Translations under genes and position numbers: made by a program
Shown here: piece after piece, positions 25,501 to 36,621 of the stretch
Position numbering within the stretch: the first letter of the stretch is position 1
Layout: each line of letters opens with the position of its first letter
The notes under the pieces: model-generated
The model's database searches: none
Told to the model about the DNA's origin: nothing
Seen by the model: only the letters and a program-made list of their open reading frames with translations
Source of the DNA: Octopus vulgaris
Lineage: Eukaryota
Assembly (NCBI GenBank): GCA_951406725.2
Contig: OX597818.1
Location: 40,238,001 to 40,302,000 of the forward strand
Direction: 5' to 3'
DNA: 64,000 nucleotides

Positions 25501-27157
25501 TTTTTCTAGACGCCCTGGTTTTACTTTTGTTGTGAAAAATGAGAAACAGAAAAGGTAAGTGAATCTGAAGATATTTATTCTGACTTTGGCTGGCATTTTG
25601 ATTTTCTTTGTTAGTCTGATGTTGCATTTGTCACCATTTTAGATTCTTCTGGGTTGGGGATAATGGCAGAGTTATGGATAATTGAGTGAGGGTAATGGGG
25701 TTAATATTTAGTCTGGATTATTGTGAGGTTTTGATTGTGTGTGTGTGTGTGAGTGAGAGAGAGAGAGAGAGAGAGAGAGAAAAGAGAGGTGGAGATTCCA
25801 TGACAGTAGGAAAATGCATTTCTTGGGCAGAAAACAAAAGAAATGAGGATGATAAGACTTCAAATCCCGTAGTCTGGGTAAAGTAAGGAGGAGTAGAGGT
25901 TAGATTGATATAGGGGGCCAAAGCAGAGGAGGCGAAGCTAGAAATAGTGTCAGAGGAAATGGGGAGAGAAAACATGAAATGTGGGTCTGTGTTTATTGTG
26001 TTGGCAAATAGAGGTTTTCTTTTTAGGAAGATACCTATCATCATCATCATTGTTTAATGTCCACTTTCCATGCTAGCATGGGTTGGACGATTTTGATTGA
26101 GGGCTGGCGAACCAGATGGCTGGCTGCACCAGGCTCCAATCTTGATTTGGCAGAGTTTCTACAGCTGGATGCCCTTCATAAAGCCAACCACTCCAAGGTG
26201 CTTTGTACGTGCCACCAGCATGGGGGCCAGTCAGGCAGTACTAGCAACGACCTCGCTTGAATCTTTTTACACATGCCACCAGCACAGGTGCCAGTAAGGC
26301 GATGTTGGTAACGATCACGCTGGAATGGTGCTTTTTAAGTGCCACTGGCATGGAAGCCGGTTAGCTGCTCTGTCAATGATTTATACTTATATTTCAGGTA
26401 TAATTCAGTGTCTTCAAGCATGACCATTTACATTGATAAACCTCGTATAGTGTCTGATATCACTTACATCTGGCTGCTACAAAAGTCACATGTCTCAATT
26501 GTAATTGAGGTCTGGTATTAGATTTCCTTGAATTTATAAAGTGACTCTGTTATGAAATATTAGGAAAAAATATTTAAGTTTGTTCTTGTTCTCTTTATTA
26601 CAGGTCAAAAGATACACCCTATTTTGGCAAAGCTTTATACTTCCCTACAATACATGATATGTATGTTTGGTATGCTGGTATGATGTTTACAAAGGTAAGC
26701 TTATTTTCTTGCCTCTAAGGCAGTAGAATTTTATTTACAGTTTGCCTTAAAAAGAAAACAAAAAAAGGCTAGGAATAATTTTGTGGCTGTACTAAAACGA
26801 TGTATTAATAGAATAGCTAGTTTAATTTTAAGACATTGTATCCTAAGACTTCGTGTTCTAATATTTCTTATAGTTCAGGAAATATCTCAAAACAAGGAAA
26901 CACTTATTAATTAGCTAAAAATGTTTAAAATGAGAATAAATATACTATTTTTTTTTTTTTATTACTATTTCACTTGTTTCAGTCATTTGACTGTGGCCAT
27001 GCTGGAGCACCGCCTTTAGTCGAGCAGATCGACCCCGGGACTTATTCTTTGTAAGCCCAGTACTTATTCTATCGGTCTCTTTTACCGAACTGCTAAGTGA
27101 CGGGGACGTAAACACATCAGCATCGGTTGTCAAGCAATGCTAGGGGGACAAACACAA

Positions 27158-27190
<33 letters not shown>

Positions 27191-29975
27191 CACACGACAG
27201 GCTTCTTTTAGTTTCCGTCTACCAAATCCACTCACAAGGCATTGGTCGGTCCGAGGCTATAGCAGAAGACACTTGCCCAACGTGCCATGTTTATTTTCAC
27301 ATACATTTTATGCTGTATCATTTTCCTTTTGTAATATATCACATTCTTATGAGGTCTGCTCTTTTTAGAGAGAAATTATATCTGTGAATAAATGACAGAT
27401 TGTGTGTGTGTGTGTGTGAATAATCTGGATGTGCAGGGAGTACACCATAATTGGTGTATTATTTCACCTATTGTTGGAGGCTCATGGTTGGGTGGATATT
27501 TAGCCTGTACTGTATCATGCTAACTTACTAGTCTTATATCTTGTATTTTGTCAACAATAGCATTGTTGGTTAGACGTTATTAATACGTCAATCCGTTCCA
27601 TGCGGCATTTCCATTGGTGAGAGAAACTGTGCAGCTTGGGTGAATAATACCATAAGGTACTTTTGTTTGATACACTGGTACATGGGAAATTCTCTTGCAG
27701 ATGAGTATATCTGTTGCTGATGCTAACACCCTCAATACACCATTATCATCATCATCATCATTTTGAAGCTAGGACTTCTTGTGCCAGCTTCTTCCTCTCC
27801 TATGCATTCTCCTTACTCAGCAACCCCTCATTGTAACATTTCCAAGTCTCTTTCTTCTCACATTGTTAGTATGGTTAAATACTCTTCTATCATTGTGTAT
27901 TTATTTTTTTCTCAATGAAGTTTTAATTTATTGTGAAATACTGTCGGCTATCTGGAACACCTCAAAATCTTCTTGTTGCAAAAACCGATTCCCTCTTTAC
28001 AGAACATTAATTCTACCACCACTGTAAATTTCCCATACACTAGCTTTAGTATCCATATATACTGCTGTAGCTATCATATTGTCGCCTAATATGTCCCTAT
28101 GAGTAACCCAACATGATAATAATATTGCTGTCAGCATTGTTGTGGTAGTATGCCTTAGAGAAACATTCCTGTTGTTTTTCTGTCAGTCCCCATTGTGGTG
28201 TAAATGCAGTTGTCACTGTTATCCATGCTTAGTCTAAGCTGATTTTACTGTCACGTACTTAGACTACATCAGTTTCTTTGTCCATTTTGTGTACCAACAA
28301 TATGGCTACTGCACTAACACTAATGCTGCTACTTTTAAGAATTTGTACCTTTGTTTCTTGCCCATAAGGATTTGACTGAGATTCTGCTGTCTTAACTCAC
28401 AATTGCCCTACTGTCATTGTCGATGGAAGCAACCCTGAAATTTTATACCTGATAAGATGAGAGGAGTTTCCAATGTTTGAATTGTTTGATGTTGGTTTTC
28501 TAAATACACATTGGACTTCTCTACAGTTTCTCTCTATCCAAATTTTATTTGCAATGCTTTGGTCAATCCAAGACTACGATAGAATTATAGAAAACACATA
28601 TCCAAGGTTCAGTGGGATCAAACTCAAAACCATGTGTTGCAGGGCAAACTTCTAAACCACACGGTTGTGCTTGTATTTTTATTTTCTGTTGGTTTGGTAT
28701 GGAGTAAGGAACTGTTTTAATGTCCTTTACATAACCTCTAAACCTGGATATTAGACACACTGAAATATGAAGACATTGTCAAATAGATAACTGCTATTTA
28801 TTTTCTGATGATGTAGGTTTGTAAATAAATACTTAAAATACATAATATATCACAAAGCAGAAAATTATAAGAAGCAACCTGATCAAGGATCATGTGATTT
28901 TGACTACTGTGAAGTTAGGTAGATGTAACTTCACAATCGAAGCACTTTCATTCTTAGGACCACTCAAACCTTTCTAAGCTTTTGAAATCTAAATCTAATG
29001 TACCAATATTAAATATGTGTTGTCAATCTATTCTTTTGCTTATATTAATTGTTTTTCAAGATGTATTACATACTGTAAAAACCCATGTAATTTACACAAT
29101 TTTTTCACAAAAATAAAAATAAACCTTACGGGTACGTAAATTATATGAGTACATCGTTTCCAGAAATTTTTTAGAAATTTTTTTGTTGTAAAAAGACGAA
29201 CAAAATGTAAACTTTTGTACTAGAAGTTGACTCATTTGATATCAGAATAGGTTTTTACAGAAAAAATAAGGGCTTAAATATAATGAAGTTGACTTTTATT
29301 TATGCTGGATGGTATAATGCTTACTTTTTCTGTATAAATTTACTAAAACCATTAAATGGTTAACTACTTTTTAAAGTCTGACGTTCATGCTAGTAATCAT
29401 GGTCTGAGCCATATTTTACTCAGCTGAGTAAAGTGTCATCCAAGCTGATGTTTATTGGTAGTTAAACTCAATTTGCAACACCTGTGCATATTTATCTGCT
29501 TGGTTATTGTTGATAATTCTTATCAACAACTTTTCCTGTGATCATGATTTGAGAAGACATACAGAAGTATGCAAAAGAACATGCATAATCTCTTTTGGGC
29601 AAGAAATGTAAAATAAAGTTTATTATGAACAACACAAACACTTTGTAATTTAATAGCTTTTAATGTGGTATCAAAATTTAATTAAATCTAATCATAAGTG
29701 AAATTATGCTAAATACAACTAAATTGAAAACGTTTTTCCCCTGGCCATATTGGTAATTCTGAAAACTTTTGGGAGCAAATTTTACACAAGTAGAAGCTTT
29801 TTTTTAAACAATTTTTGTCCTGAAAATCACCTGTGTAAATTACACAGGTCTGAAAATTACATGAGTTTTTACAGTAATTATAAATTTTTTCCTGTCTTAA
29901 CATACAAAAATATTTTTATGTGGCAGTTTTTGTTTTAAAGAGAAATTTCATCTTTTTCAGTATCCAACGGTGTGA
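1129..29975 (+). CDS. ARAP: ARAP-family protein (Arf-GAP with Rho-GAP, ANK and PH domains; RhoGAP15B-like), 3' part, spliced; 5' exons lie upstream of the window
   Basis: 16 exons with AG/GT boundaries and matching phases: 1129-1201, 1981-2071, 3562-3639, 5492-5626, 6931-7036, 7212-7302, 8545-8619, 10050-10121, 11507-11581 (or 13218-13292), 14954-15062, 16089-16219, 18465-18578, 24401-24477, 25510-25554, 26604-26694, 29961-29975. Domain order PH-RhoGAP-RA-PH is characteristic of ARAP proteins. Confidence 0.88.
1981..2071 (+). CDS. ARAP: ARAP-like exon (RhoGAP start)
   Basis: tttttcag / gtaggt; [30 protein letters not shown](G), typical RhoGAP IPxIVxKCI. Confidence 0.92.
2224..2600 (-). mobile_element. 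SINE family A (tRNA-derived head, CORE-like segment, internal CA/TA microsatellite)
   Basis: A-box-like tggctgtgtgg, B-box-like ggttcagtccc, then accttgggcaagtgtcttc. Other copies: ~40-165, 1228-1668, 15085-15300, 16299-16680, 17790-18163, 18630-19048, 26968-27288, 32764-33155, 40580-40988, 41770-42253, 46895-47255 (all -); 7405-7570, 33790-34490, 43655-44048, 49357-49760, 52117-52771 (+). Confidence 0.88.
3562..3639 (+). CDS. ARAP: ARAP-like exon (RhoGAP arginine finger)
   Basis: [26 protein letters not shown]; phase 1-1; gtaagt donor. Confidence 0.93.
3772..4452. mobile_element. pogo/Tigger-like MITE, TA-flanked
   Basis: Imperfect TIRs caggtcgttattgacttacgacca / tggccgtaaatcgacgacggcctg, with ta on both sides. 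Confidence 0.65.
3888..4107. mobile_element. ~220-bp piggyBac-type MITE
   Basis: ccctttcgttac...gtaacaaaaggg between ttag/ttaa. Same family at ~1671-1877 (truncated) and 32122-32342 (inverted, TTAA on both sides). Confidence 0.8.
5492..5626 (+). CDS. ARAP: ARAP-like exon (RhoGAP)
   Basis: [45 protein letters not shown], contains the LKxFFRE motif. Confidence 0.93.
6388..6870 (-). mobile_element. Non-coding repeat family F flanked by (TAA)n
   Basis: High similarity to 36622-37052 and 37082-37640; one shared end abuts (TAA)n and the other end is variable. Confidence 0.75.
6931..7036 (+). CDS. ARAP: ARAP-like exon (RhoGAP)
   Basis: [35 protein letters not shown], contains the LPxxN..TL..L..HL motif. 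Confidence 0.92.
7212..7302 (+). CDS. ARAP: ARAP-like exon (RhoGAP)
   Basis: [31 protein letters not shown], contains the NKM...LAIVFGPTL motif. Confidence 0.93.
8115..8163 (-). ncRNA. Type I minimal hammerhead ribozyme motif
   Basis: Minus strand: tatca-CTGATGA-agggagggttctttttgaacct-GAAA-tcg-GTC-tgata; stem I tatca/tgata, core intact. Confidence 0.75.
8545..8619 (+). CDS. ARAP: ARAP-like exon (RhoGAP end)
   Basis: [25 protein letters not shown]; tttcag / gtgagt. Confidence 0.88.
9193..9239 (-). ncRNA. Type I hammerhead ribozyme motif (degenerate copy)
   Basis: Minus strand: ccatca-TTGACGA-aaccaaggaaagtt-GAAA-ttacgtga-TC-tggtgg. Confidence 0.65.
9548..9594 (-). ncRNA. Type I hammerhead ribozyme motif (intact core)
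   Basis: Minus strand: ccatca-CTGATGA-gacc[aaggaa]ggtt-GAAA-tcatgtga-TC-tggtgg; all three stems can form. Confidence 0.82.
10050..10121 (+). CDS. ARAP: ARAP-like exon (helical linker)
   Basis: [24 protein letters not shown]; aacag / gtaagc; phase 0-0. Confidence 0.82.
11507..11581 (+). CDS. ARAP: ARAP-like exon (RA domain start), copy 1
   Basis: [25 protein letters not shown]; tttcag / gtaagt; phase 0-0. Confidence 0.8.
13218..13292 (+). CDS. ARAP: Identical duplicate of exon 11507-11581, copy 2
   Basis: Same 75 nt and same splice sites, inside the tandem duplication. Confidence 0.7.
13320..13770. repeat. 20-bp minisatellite (tctgaatctcactcactccc)n; shorter copy at 11611-11770
   Basis: Seen directly. 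Confidence 0.9.
14367..14780 (-). mobile_element. SINE-like family C with (GAT)n tail and internal gtgcttttacgtgccacc subrepeats
   Basis: Core ggcgttaggaagggcatccagctgtagaaac and tail ...catggaaaatggacgttaaacgatgatgatg. Copies ~765-1098(+), 14230-14343(+), 16881-17160(-), 20545-20720(+), 20723-20890(-), 24601-25265(-), 26038-26378(-). Confidence 0.8.
14954..15062 (+). CDS. ARAP: ARAP-like exon (RA domain)
   Basis: [36 protein letters not shown]; ttttag / gtatat. Confidence 0.87.
16089..16219 (+). CDS. ARAP: ARAP-like exon (RA domain end)
   Basis: [44 protein letters not shown], matches the LERPxH..E motif of ARAP RA domains. Confidence 0.9.
18465..18578 (+). CDS. ARAP: ARAP-like exon (C-terminal PH start)
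   Basis: [38 protein letters not shown]. Confidence 0.88.
19653..20191 (-). mobile_element. Internally deleted Tc1/mariner element (DUF4817-type HTH N-terminus)
   Basis: ~47-bp TIR cagggtcaggcaaaatgatctgacacatttg..., TA TSD; [18 protein letters not shown]...[33 protein letters not shown]...GRPR joined to C-terminal ...[24 protein letters not shown]. Confidence 0.85.
20890..21466. repeat. 24-bp minisatellite (gggtgcttttatgtgtcgccacat)n
   Basis: About 22 diverged units; translates as MGAFMCRH repeats. Confidence 0.9.
22033..22416 (+). mobile_element. Non-autonomous Helitron-like (Lep1/DINE-like) element
   Basis: 5' actagcagtatcgcccggcgttgctc; 3' aagtttcatcagaatcggttg...acagacaaactgccgtttatatagag. 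Confidence 0.6.
23693..23945 (+). mobile_element. SINE family E (tRNA-like head, 3' end shared with family D)
   Basis: ggaggcgcgtggcttagtggttaggg...gtttcgattcctgg. Related copies 8715-8955(+), 15410-15990(-). Confidence 0.75.
23949..24260 (+). mobile_element. SINE family D (tRNA-like head ggaggcgcaatggcccagtggttagggcagcggactcgc)
   Basis: A/B-box-like head and shared body. Copies 10901-11220, 12605-12925, 48361-48663(-), 53446-53720. Confidence 0.82.
24401..24477 (+). CDS. ARAP: ARAP-like exon (PH)
   Basis: [25 protein letters not shown], resembles the W...L.IY.G pattern of the last ARAP PH domain. Confidence 0.85.
25510..25554 (+). CDS. ARAP: ARAP-like exon (PH)
   Basis: (L)[14 protein letters not shown]; ttctag / gtaagt; phase 2-2. 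Confidence 0.82.
26604..26694 (+). CDS. ARAP: ARAP-like exon (PH C-terminal helix)
   Basis: (R)[30 protein letters not shown], contains the PH-domain Trp. Confidence 0.85.
29073..29874. mobile_element. pogo/Tigger-like non-autonomous DNA transposon
   Basis: TIR ctgtaaaaacccatgtaattt / aaattacatgagtttttacag, TA TSD. Confidence 0.75.
29961..29975 (+). CDS. ARAP: Probable terminal coding exon (YPTV-stop)
   Basis: tctttttcag acceptor, phase 0, TAT CCA ACG GTG TGA, followed by non-repetitive AT-rich UTR-like sequence. Confidence 0.62.
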   Translation, partial: YPTV

Positions 29976-30234
29976 CCAACAGGTCTTGGTATCTAGGAGT
30001 CTATTACTTGTCACCATTTGTATGGAATGAGCGAAGTTCTGCACAAGTTTGCAGCATATCTTGCACACCTTTCCATGATTAATATTCTGAGAAAAAAATC
30101 ACATCAGACCAAAACTCATGCTTTTATAAGAGTCATTCTGAATTATACACTCTGAGATTTAGTGATTTGTCAAATTGGATTTTAATATTTCTATCAATAT
30201 CTTTAAAATCCTATCTGTCCAATTATATTTAAAT

Positions 30235-30240
30235 AATAAA
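30235..30240 (+). terminator. Candidate polyadenylation signal
   Basis: AATAAA about 260 nt after the stop codon; the region is AT-rich so this could be chance. Confidence 0.3.
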
Positions 30241-31124
30241 ATATAACAAAATTTAAAAAAAAAAAAACACAATGAAATTTAAAATGAAAATATACAACTG
30301 CATCTGAAACAAAACCATTGTACATTTCCTTCTTATTGATATCACAGAACTGCTTTGGGCCAAGCATTGATGTTTATTCTCAACATGGATACAATTGTCA
30401 ACAAAGAACAATTGAAATCTATAAAAATCTTGAAGTTAATTGAGTGGGAAAAGTTAGTCATTTGAGATGACAAAACATTGACATTTTGATCGAAGATTCC
30501 AAACACATGAACTAGTTTAAATTATGGATTACAATCCATTGGATTATTATTATTATTTTTATTATTATTATTATTATTTTTAAATGTGCATGTACATCTC
30601 TATGTGTATTTGTGCATCTGAAATTCTTTACCAAGCTTTGATCTTTTTAATGGCTTCAAAAGAGGGGAAATTAATCAAAACCAATCCTGTTTTTGCAGTG
30701 CTAACGTCATCTCATTTCAAAGATAAGAAAAAGAGAAGAAGGAAACAAAGGGATGGGGGTTGCGGGGAGACCTTGCAAAATAAACCAATGTTTCTTCTTC
30801 ATTTTTTTTACTTCGTCCTCTTCCATATTGTAATTTCCATCCTAATTTTAATAATTCCTTTAAAACTTTTAAAAATGCAAAACAACTTCATTAAAAACTG
30901 GAAGAAAAAAGAAAAAACTGTCTGATGCTGTGATAAACGCTGATATGCATTAAAATGTGTTTCTTCCTATCATGTTCTTTTCTTATTCATTTTCATTTCA
31001 AAGATATATGAATATAGGCTTCTTAACTTTTATGAAGTGATGGCATGTTATTTAAATGAATTTTCATGAAAATACAACTGTTTCTATTGTTTTCTGTTTT
31101 GTTTTCTGTTTCTATTGGTTTCTG

Positions 31125-31428
31125 TTTCTGCGAGAGTCAAGTCTGTTGGTTCGAGGAGCACAACTATTCAACTCCATTCCGGTACATGTCAGAAATCTAT
31201 CAGGATGCAGTGTGGAATCATTCAAATTGCAGCTGGATAGATACTTAAGCACCATTAGAGATGAACCCCATCTCCCAGGATATACACAACAAGCACAAAC
31301 TGACTCAAACTTGCTCCTACACATGTCAAAATTAAACAGAGAATACAACCTGGCAACCACACCAGACTCTGAGGGCGGAGTCTTCGACTTGGCCTGAGCA
31401 TGGACTCAAACTCAAATGAAATGAAATG
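31125..31428 (+). mobile_element. 5'-truncated CR1/L2-group LINE 3' end
   Basis: RESSLLVRGAQLFNSIPVHVRNLSGCSVESFKLQLDRYLSTIRDEPHLPGY...SNLL resembles an ORF2 C-terminus; (aaatg)n tail. Confidence 0.75.
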
Positions 31429-31483
31429 TTTCACTTTGAGGCAACTTCCAGCACCTGTTGATTGGCTGGGGCTCTGTCATTAA

Positions 31484-31693
31484 CCCTTAAACATTCAGAT
31501 TAATCTAACAAATGTAAAGCTTATATATTCACATCATTTTAAACTAGTCATGTAATATTTCATAGCTTTGAGATTTCAATGATGTGACTGTTTATTTTTA
31601 AAATGACAATGTATGGTAAGTGTGAAAGGCCAGATCTGACTGGTTTGAAGATAAAACAGGTAGACTATTTTGGCTGGTTTGAATGCTAAAGGG
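31484..31693. mobile_element. piggyBac-type MITE (second family)
   Basis: TTAA-cccttaaacattc...gaatgctaaaggg-TTAA. Confidence 0.75.
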
Positions 31694-31938
31694 TTAATCA
31701 TTTTCTTTTTGAGTTTGTGTTTTTTTTATCTTCCTAAATGTATTAGTGAATAAAACAATGTCTAAAACGGCTTGGCAGTCCCAGCAGACAAAATGAAAAG
31801 GCTGTTGCTCCAGGTGATGGCAAGGGAAGGGCAATAGATGGGGTTTCTTTGAATTAGTTTTTGCCTTTTGCAGTTCTTTCCGTTGAATTACTATTTCTCA
31901 CTTGTCAATTGACTCACTGGATCATGTTTCCTGTAATA

Positions 31939-32389
31939 CAGGGTGGCTCAAAAGTAGGTTTACAGTTATTCAACATTCTCTTTCACATTCATATATTAAC
32001 AGTTTAGATCTTAATTATAAAAACAATATGCAACCATTATTCTATGCTAATTTAGTTAAGTTTGTCAAGTTCCTTTTTCAGTTTGTAAGATAGAAATTTA
32101 AATGTTTTAAAAGAAATTTAACCCTTTCGTTACTGTATTTATTTTGAGATACTCTGTGTTTCTTTCAATAATTTTAAATATAACAAAGAATTTAGTAAAA
32201 TAACTCAATTATCATTCAGCTAGTGCTAGGTATATAAATTGCGACTAAGGTTTGGTGGTATATTTTAATGCAAAACTTATGAAAACAAGACATTTGTACT
32301 ACAGAGCCAGAGCCTGTTTTGGCCGGGCTGGTAACGAAAGAGTTAAAGTGCCTACATAATAACCGTAAACCTACTTTTGGGTCACCCTG
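31939..32389. mobile_element. Tc1/mariner-type MITE with nested piggyBac MITE (32122-32342)
   Basis: TIR cagggtggctcaaaagtaggtttacagttatt / aataaccgtaaacctacttttgggtcaccctg, TA TSD. Confidence 0.82.
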
Positions 32390-33944
32390 TATTGACGCTT
32401 GTAGTGAAGATGTCTTGAGTTTTTAGAATTTTAAAGAAAAAAACGTATTTGAAAATATTTTAACGCTATAATATAAATTGAATTTAGAACAAACGGAATA
32501 TTAAGTTTGAACTACTTGTGGTCAAGCCTGTGTAAACCTCTGGCATTCTTAGCCCCAAATCGCATCCCTATTAATTGCTATCAAGGCAGAAATGACTATT
32601 AGCAAATGTTAGCCTCGTGAGTGAAGAGTGGTTCTTCCACTGCACCTCCTTTGCCAGCCCCTTAGGCAACAGCTTTTCCATTTTGTATATTGGGGCCATG
32701 ACCGAGACTGCCAGGCCTTTTTGAATATTATTTGTTACTTATTGTTTTATTCACTAATACATTTACTCTTTTACTTGTTTCAGTCATTTAACTGTGGCCA
32801 TGCTGGAGCACCACCTTTAGTCGAGCAAATCGACCCCAGGACTTATTTTTTGTAAGCCTAGTACTTATTCTATCAGTATGTTTTGCCGAACCGCTAAGTT
32901 ACGGGGACGTAAACATAACAGCATCGGTTGTCAAAGTGATGTTGGGGGGACAAACACACACACACACACACACACATACATACATATATACACGACGGGC
33001 TTCTTTCAGTTTCCGTCTACCAAATCCACTCACAAGGCTTTGGTCGGCCCAAGACTATAGTAGAAGACACTTGCCCAAGGTGTCACACAGTGTGACTGAA
33101 CCCAGAACCATGTGTTCATAAGCAAGCTTCTTACCACACAGCCACTCCTACGCCTAGTAAAAAAAACACAAACTCAAAACTACATGCAAACATACATATA
33201 TTTCTACCCTATTTTCTGAAATTGCTTTTTAAATTCTTATTTTATACCAACATACAATTTTATGAGTGCAAGCGATGAATTCACCAAATGAACGTAACGT
33301 ATCGCTTATAAATAAATAAAATAAAACTAAGGGAGACAACTCTAAATTTAATGCGCTATCTTCTCGCGGAAAAGATGAAGACGTGGGGTAGTCACTTCAT
33401 TTGCTTTTCGCATTCTCACTTTCTCTATTCACGGAACCCGAGGTGTAACTTCATTACTTTTTGTAGCGAACCCGCTATGTATACGGCAGGTAGATGTCAC
33501 ATTAAACTTTAAAAATCTATATATTTTTTCAACTGATCCGTTGCAATTAATACCTTTACATTTCTAATGATTTAATTTTCTAAGGGAGGCAACTCTAAAT
33601 TTAACGCGGGGTCGTCCAATCGTTTAATTTGCTTTTTAAAATTTAGAGAATGTACTTACTGAAAAAATGGGCAGGATACACCAAAAGTACGCAAGGAGAT
33701 GGACTTTGTTATCTTTCAATCAGTTTTTGGCTTTTCGCAGTTTTTTCCCTTTGAATTATTATTTCTTGGTTGGGTCGTATTTCCTGTAATAGGCGTGGCT
33801 GTGTGGTAAGAAGCTTGTTTCCCTACCACATGGTTCCGGATTCAGTCCCACTGCAAGGCACCTTGGGCAAGTGTCTTCTACAATAGCCTCGGGCCGACAA
33901 AACCCTGAGAATGGATTTGGTTGACGGAAACTGAAAGAAGCCCA

Positions 33945-34009
<65 letters not shown>

Positions 34010-34239
34010 AGAAGGCGGCGAGCTGGCAGAAACGTTAGCACGCCGGGCGAAATGCTTAGTCGTATTTCGTCTGCTGTGACGTTGAGTTCAAATTCCGCCG
34101 AGGTCGACTTTGCCTTTCATCCTTTCGGGGTCGATGAATTAAGTACCACTTACGCACTGGGGTCGATGTAATCGACTTAATCCGCTTGTCTGTCCTTGTT
34201 TGTCGCCTCTGTGTGTAGCCCCTTGTGGGTAGTAAAGAA

Positions 34240-34270
<31 letters not shown>

Positions 34271-35059
34271 CGTGTGCCTTTGGGTCTGTGTTTATACCCC
34301 TCTCCATCGCTCGAGAACCGATGCTGGTGTATTTACGTCTCTGTAACTTAGCGGTTCGGCAAAAAAGGAATGATAGAATAAGTACTAGGCTTACAGAGAA
34401 TTAAGTCTTGGGGTCGATTTCTACGACTGAAAGTCCTTTAAGGCGGTGCTCCAGCATGGCTGCAGTCAAATCACTGAAACTAGTAAAAGAATATATGTAA
34501 AACATTTGCATTTTTTGTACTTTTGATATTGTGTATCATTGACCGACACTCAAGTGAACCGAGGTAAGCCGAGTTATATGCTTTTGTGTACAAGCCAACG
34601 AAGAATTCTCTACACGATTGTTCTTATCTTTTATTATATGTCTGTAGCGCAGGCATGGTTGTGTTGTTAGGGAGCTCGGTTTGCAACCACAGGGTTTCGG
34701 GTTCTTCCCCATAGTGTGGCACCTTGGACAGATGTCTTCCAATATAGACCCGCTCAACTAATGTCCTATGAGTGAATTTAGTTGGCAGAAACGACCTGGA
34801 AACTCATCGTTGTGTGTGTGTGTGTCTTTGTCACCTGGCTTGACAACCGATGTCTACTTACAACCCTGTAAATTACTGATTCTGTAGGAGAGACGAATAG
34901 AATAAGCATTAGACTTTTAAAAGAAAGTACTTGAGCTAATTTGTTTGACTAAACCCTACAAGGCGGTGCCCTAGCATGGCCGCAGTTCAGGGACTGAAAC
35001 ATAAGTTGAACATGTATCTGTGTTTATGGCTACATTGGGTTTTTAAAAAAAATTAAATA

Positions 35060-35625
35060 TTGGGTTGTCCGGAAAGTTCGTGCCGATTTATAGTAGCTTA
35101 CATTTCGACTTATTTTAGAACATGGTTGAGTCCATAAAATAGGATTTGACTACGCCTCCATTTAGAGCACAGTTTAAGCTATCTTTTCGTGGAAGAAGGT
35201 TTATGTTCCTATAACCTGTGTTAATTATGTAACCCTTCAAAATGGAAGATAAGAAAGTTCATTTTTGGCACTTGATGCTTTGGGAACCAGACAAAAATTG
35301 GTGCAGCTCGGCTGGGATGTGTTACCTCACCCTCCATATTCACCAGATATTGCTCCTTCGGATTTCCACTTATTCAGGTCTCTGTAGAATAGTCTTAATG
35401 GTAAAAATTTCAATTCCTTGGATAACGTAAAAAGATACCTTGACGAATTCTTTGCCATGAAACCACCTCAATTCTGGGAAGAGGGTATTTTCAAGTTAAA
35501 GGAAAGATGGAGACGCATTGTGCAACAAAGTGGTTCATATTTGGTTGATTAAAAATGTAATGGCAAGTATTTATTGACCGTTTTCTTTCCTTTCAAAAAC
35601 GACACGAGCTTGCCGGACAACCCAA
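35060..35625 (+). mobile_element. Internally deleted mariner (566 bp)
   Basis: TIR ttgggttgtccggaaagttcgtgccg, TA TSD; MEDKKVHFWHLMLWE fused to LGWDVLPHPPYSPDIAPSDFHLFRSL (YSPDLAP-type motif). Confidence 0.9.
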
Positions 35626-36621
35626 TATAATAACCATGTCGTATATGTCGTGTCTCTCTATATCTTGTAACGTTGAGGTTCGACTAATAAATATCGACAA
35701 AATAAGCGCCAGACTGAAATAAATAGTTGGCTCAGTAAATATTGACAAAAGCTCTTTAAGAAAAAGTGGTAGTCAAGCAGCTTGACCGAGTTCAATGGCG
35801 GAAAACCGGCATATATTCAACGTCTTAACATGTTGAGGTACTAAATCTCTCATATTTATTGAACCATATATTCGGTTACCTAATGCAAGGGGGATAATTC
35901 GGGGTTGTTTCCCTTGCATTTATTTCTGTCGGTATTTATACCCGGTTAACTTGGGGTTTAGTTGCCGTATTTACGCTCTTTTTAATCGTTTACATTAGAC
36001 CGCGGCCAGGCTGGGGCACTGGGTTGCAGGGTGTAGTCTAACATATCGAACCCAATGTTTATGGCTTTTTTTTTTACTTTGGTACATATTCTACAAATCT
36101 TTCGTTTTGCCGAATCGCTAAGCTATAGGGGAGTAAACAAACCAGCACCGGTTGTCAAACGGTGGTGGGGGACAAACACAGACACACACTTAGATATAAC
36201 ACAAACATACATACAGCTACATAATACACGTGCGCGCGTACACACACACGCTCACATATACACTCACACACGAAGGGCTTCTAACAGTTTCCGTCTACCA
36301 AGCCTTCTCCCAGAAGAGACACTTGTCCAAAGTGCCACGTAGTCGGACTGAACCCAAAACCCATAACAGAAAAGATTATTACTACTACTACTACTACTAC
36401 TACTACTAAGGCGGCGAGCTGGTTGAATCGTTTGCGCGCTGGACGAAATGTTTAGCTACGTTCTGAGTTTAAATTCCGCCGAGGTCGACTTTTGGGGGTC
36501 AATAAAATAAGTACCAGTTGAACACTGGGGGTCAATGTAATCGACTCATCCTCTTCCCCCAAATTACTGCCCTTGTGTCAAAATTTGAGATTATTATTAT
36601 TATTAGTAGTATTATCATTAT

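Noticed and set aside
27430-28430. More balanced-composition intronic stretch, possibly an old TE or hidden exon
   Set aside because: No recognisable motif or phase-compatible exon found by eye.
33328-33610. 28-bp direct repeat taagggagacaactctaaatttaatgcg at ~33328 and ~33580
   Set aside because: Probably subrepeats of an unclassified non-autonomous element; boundaries could not be defined.
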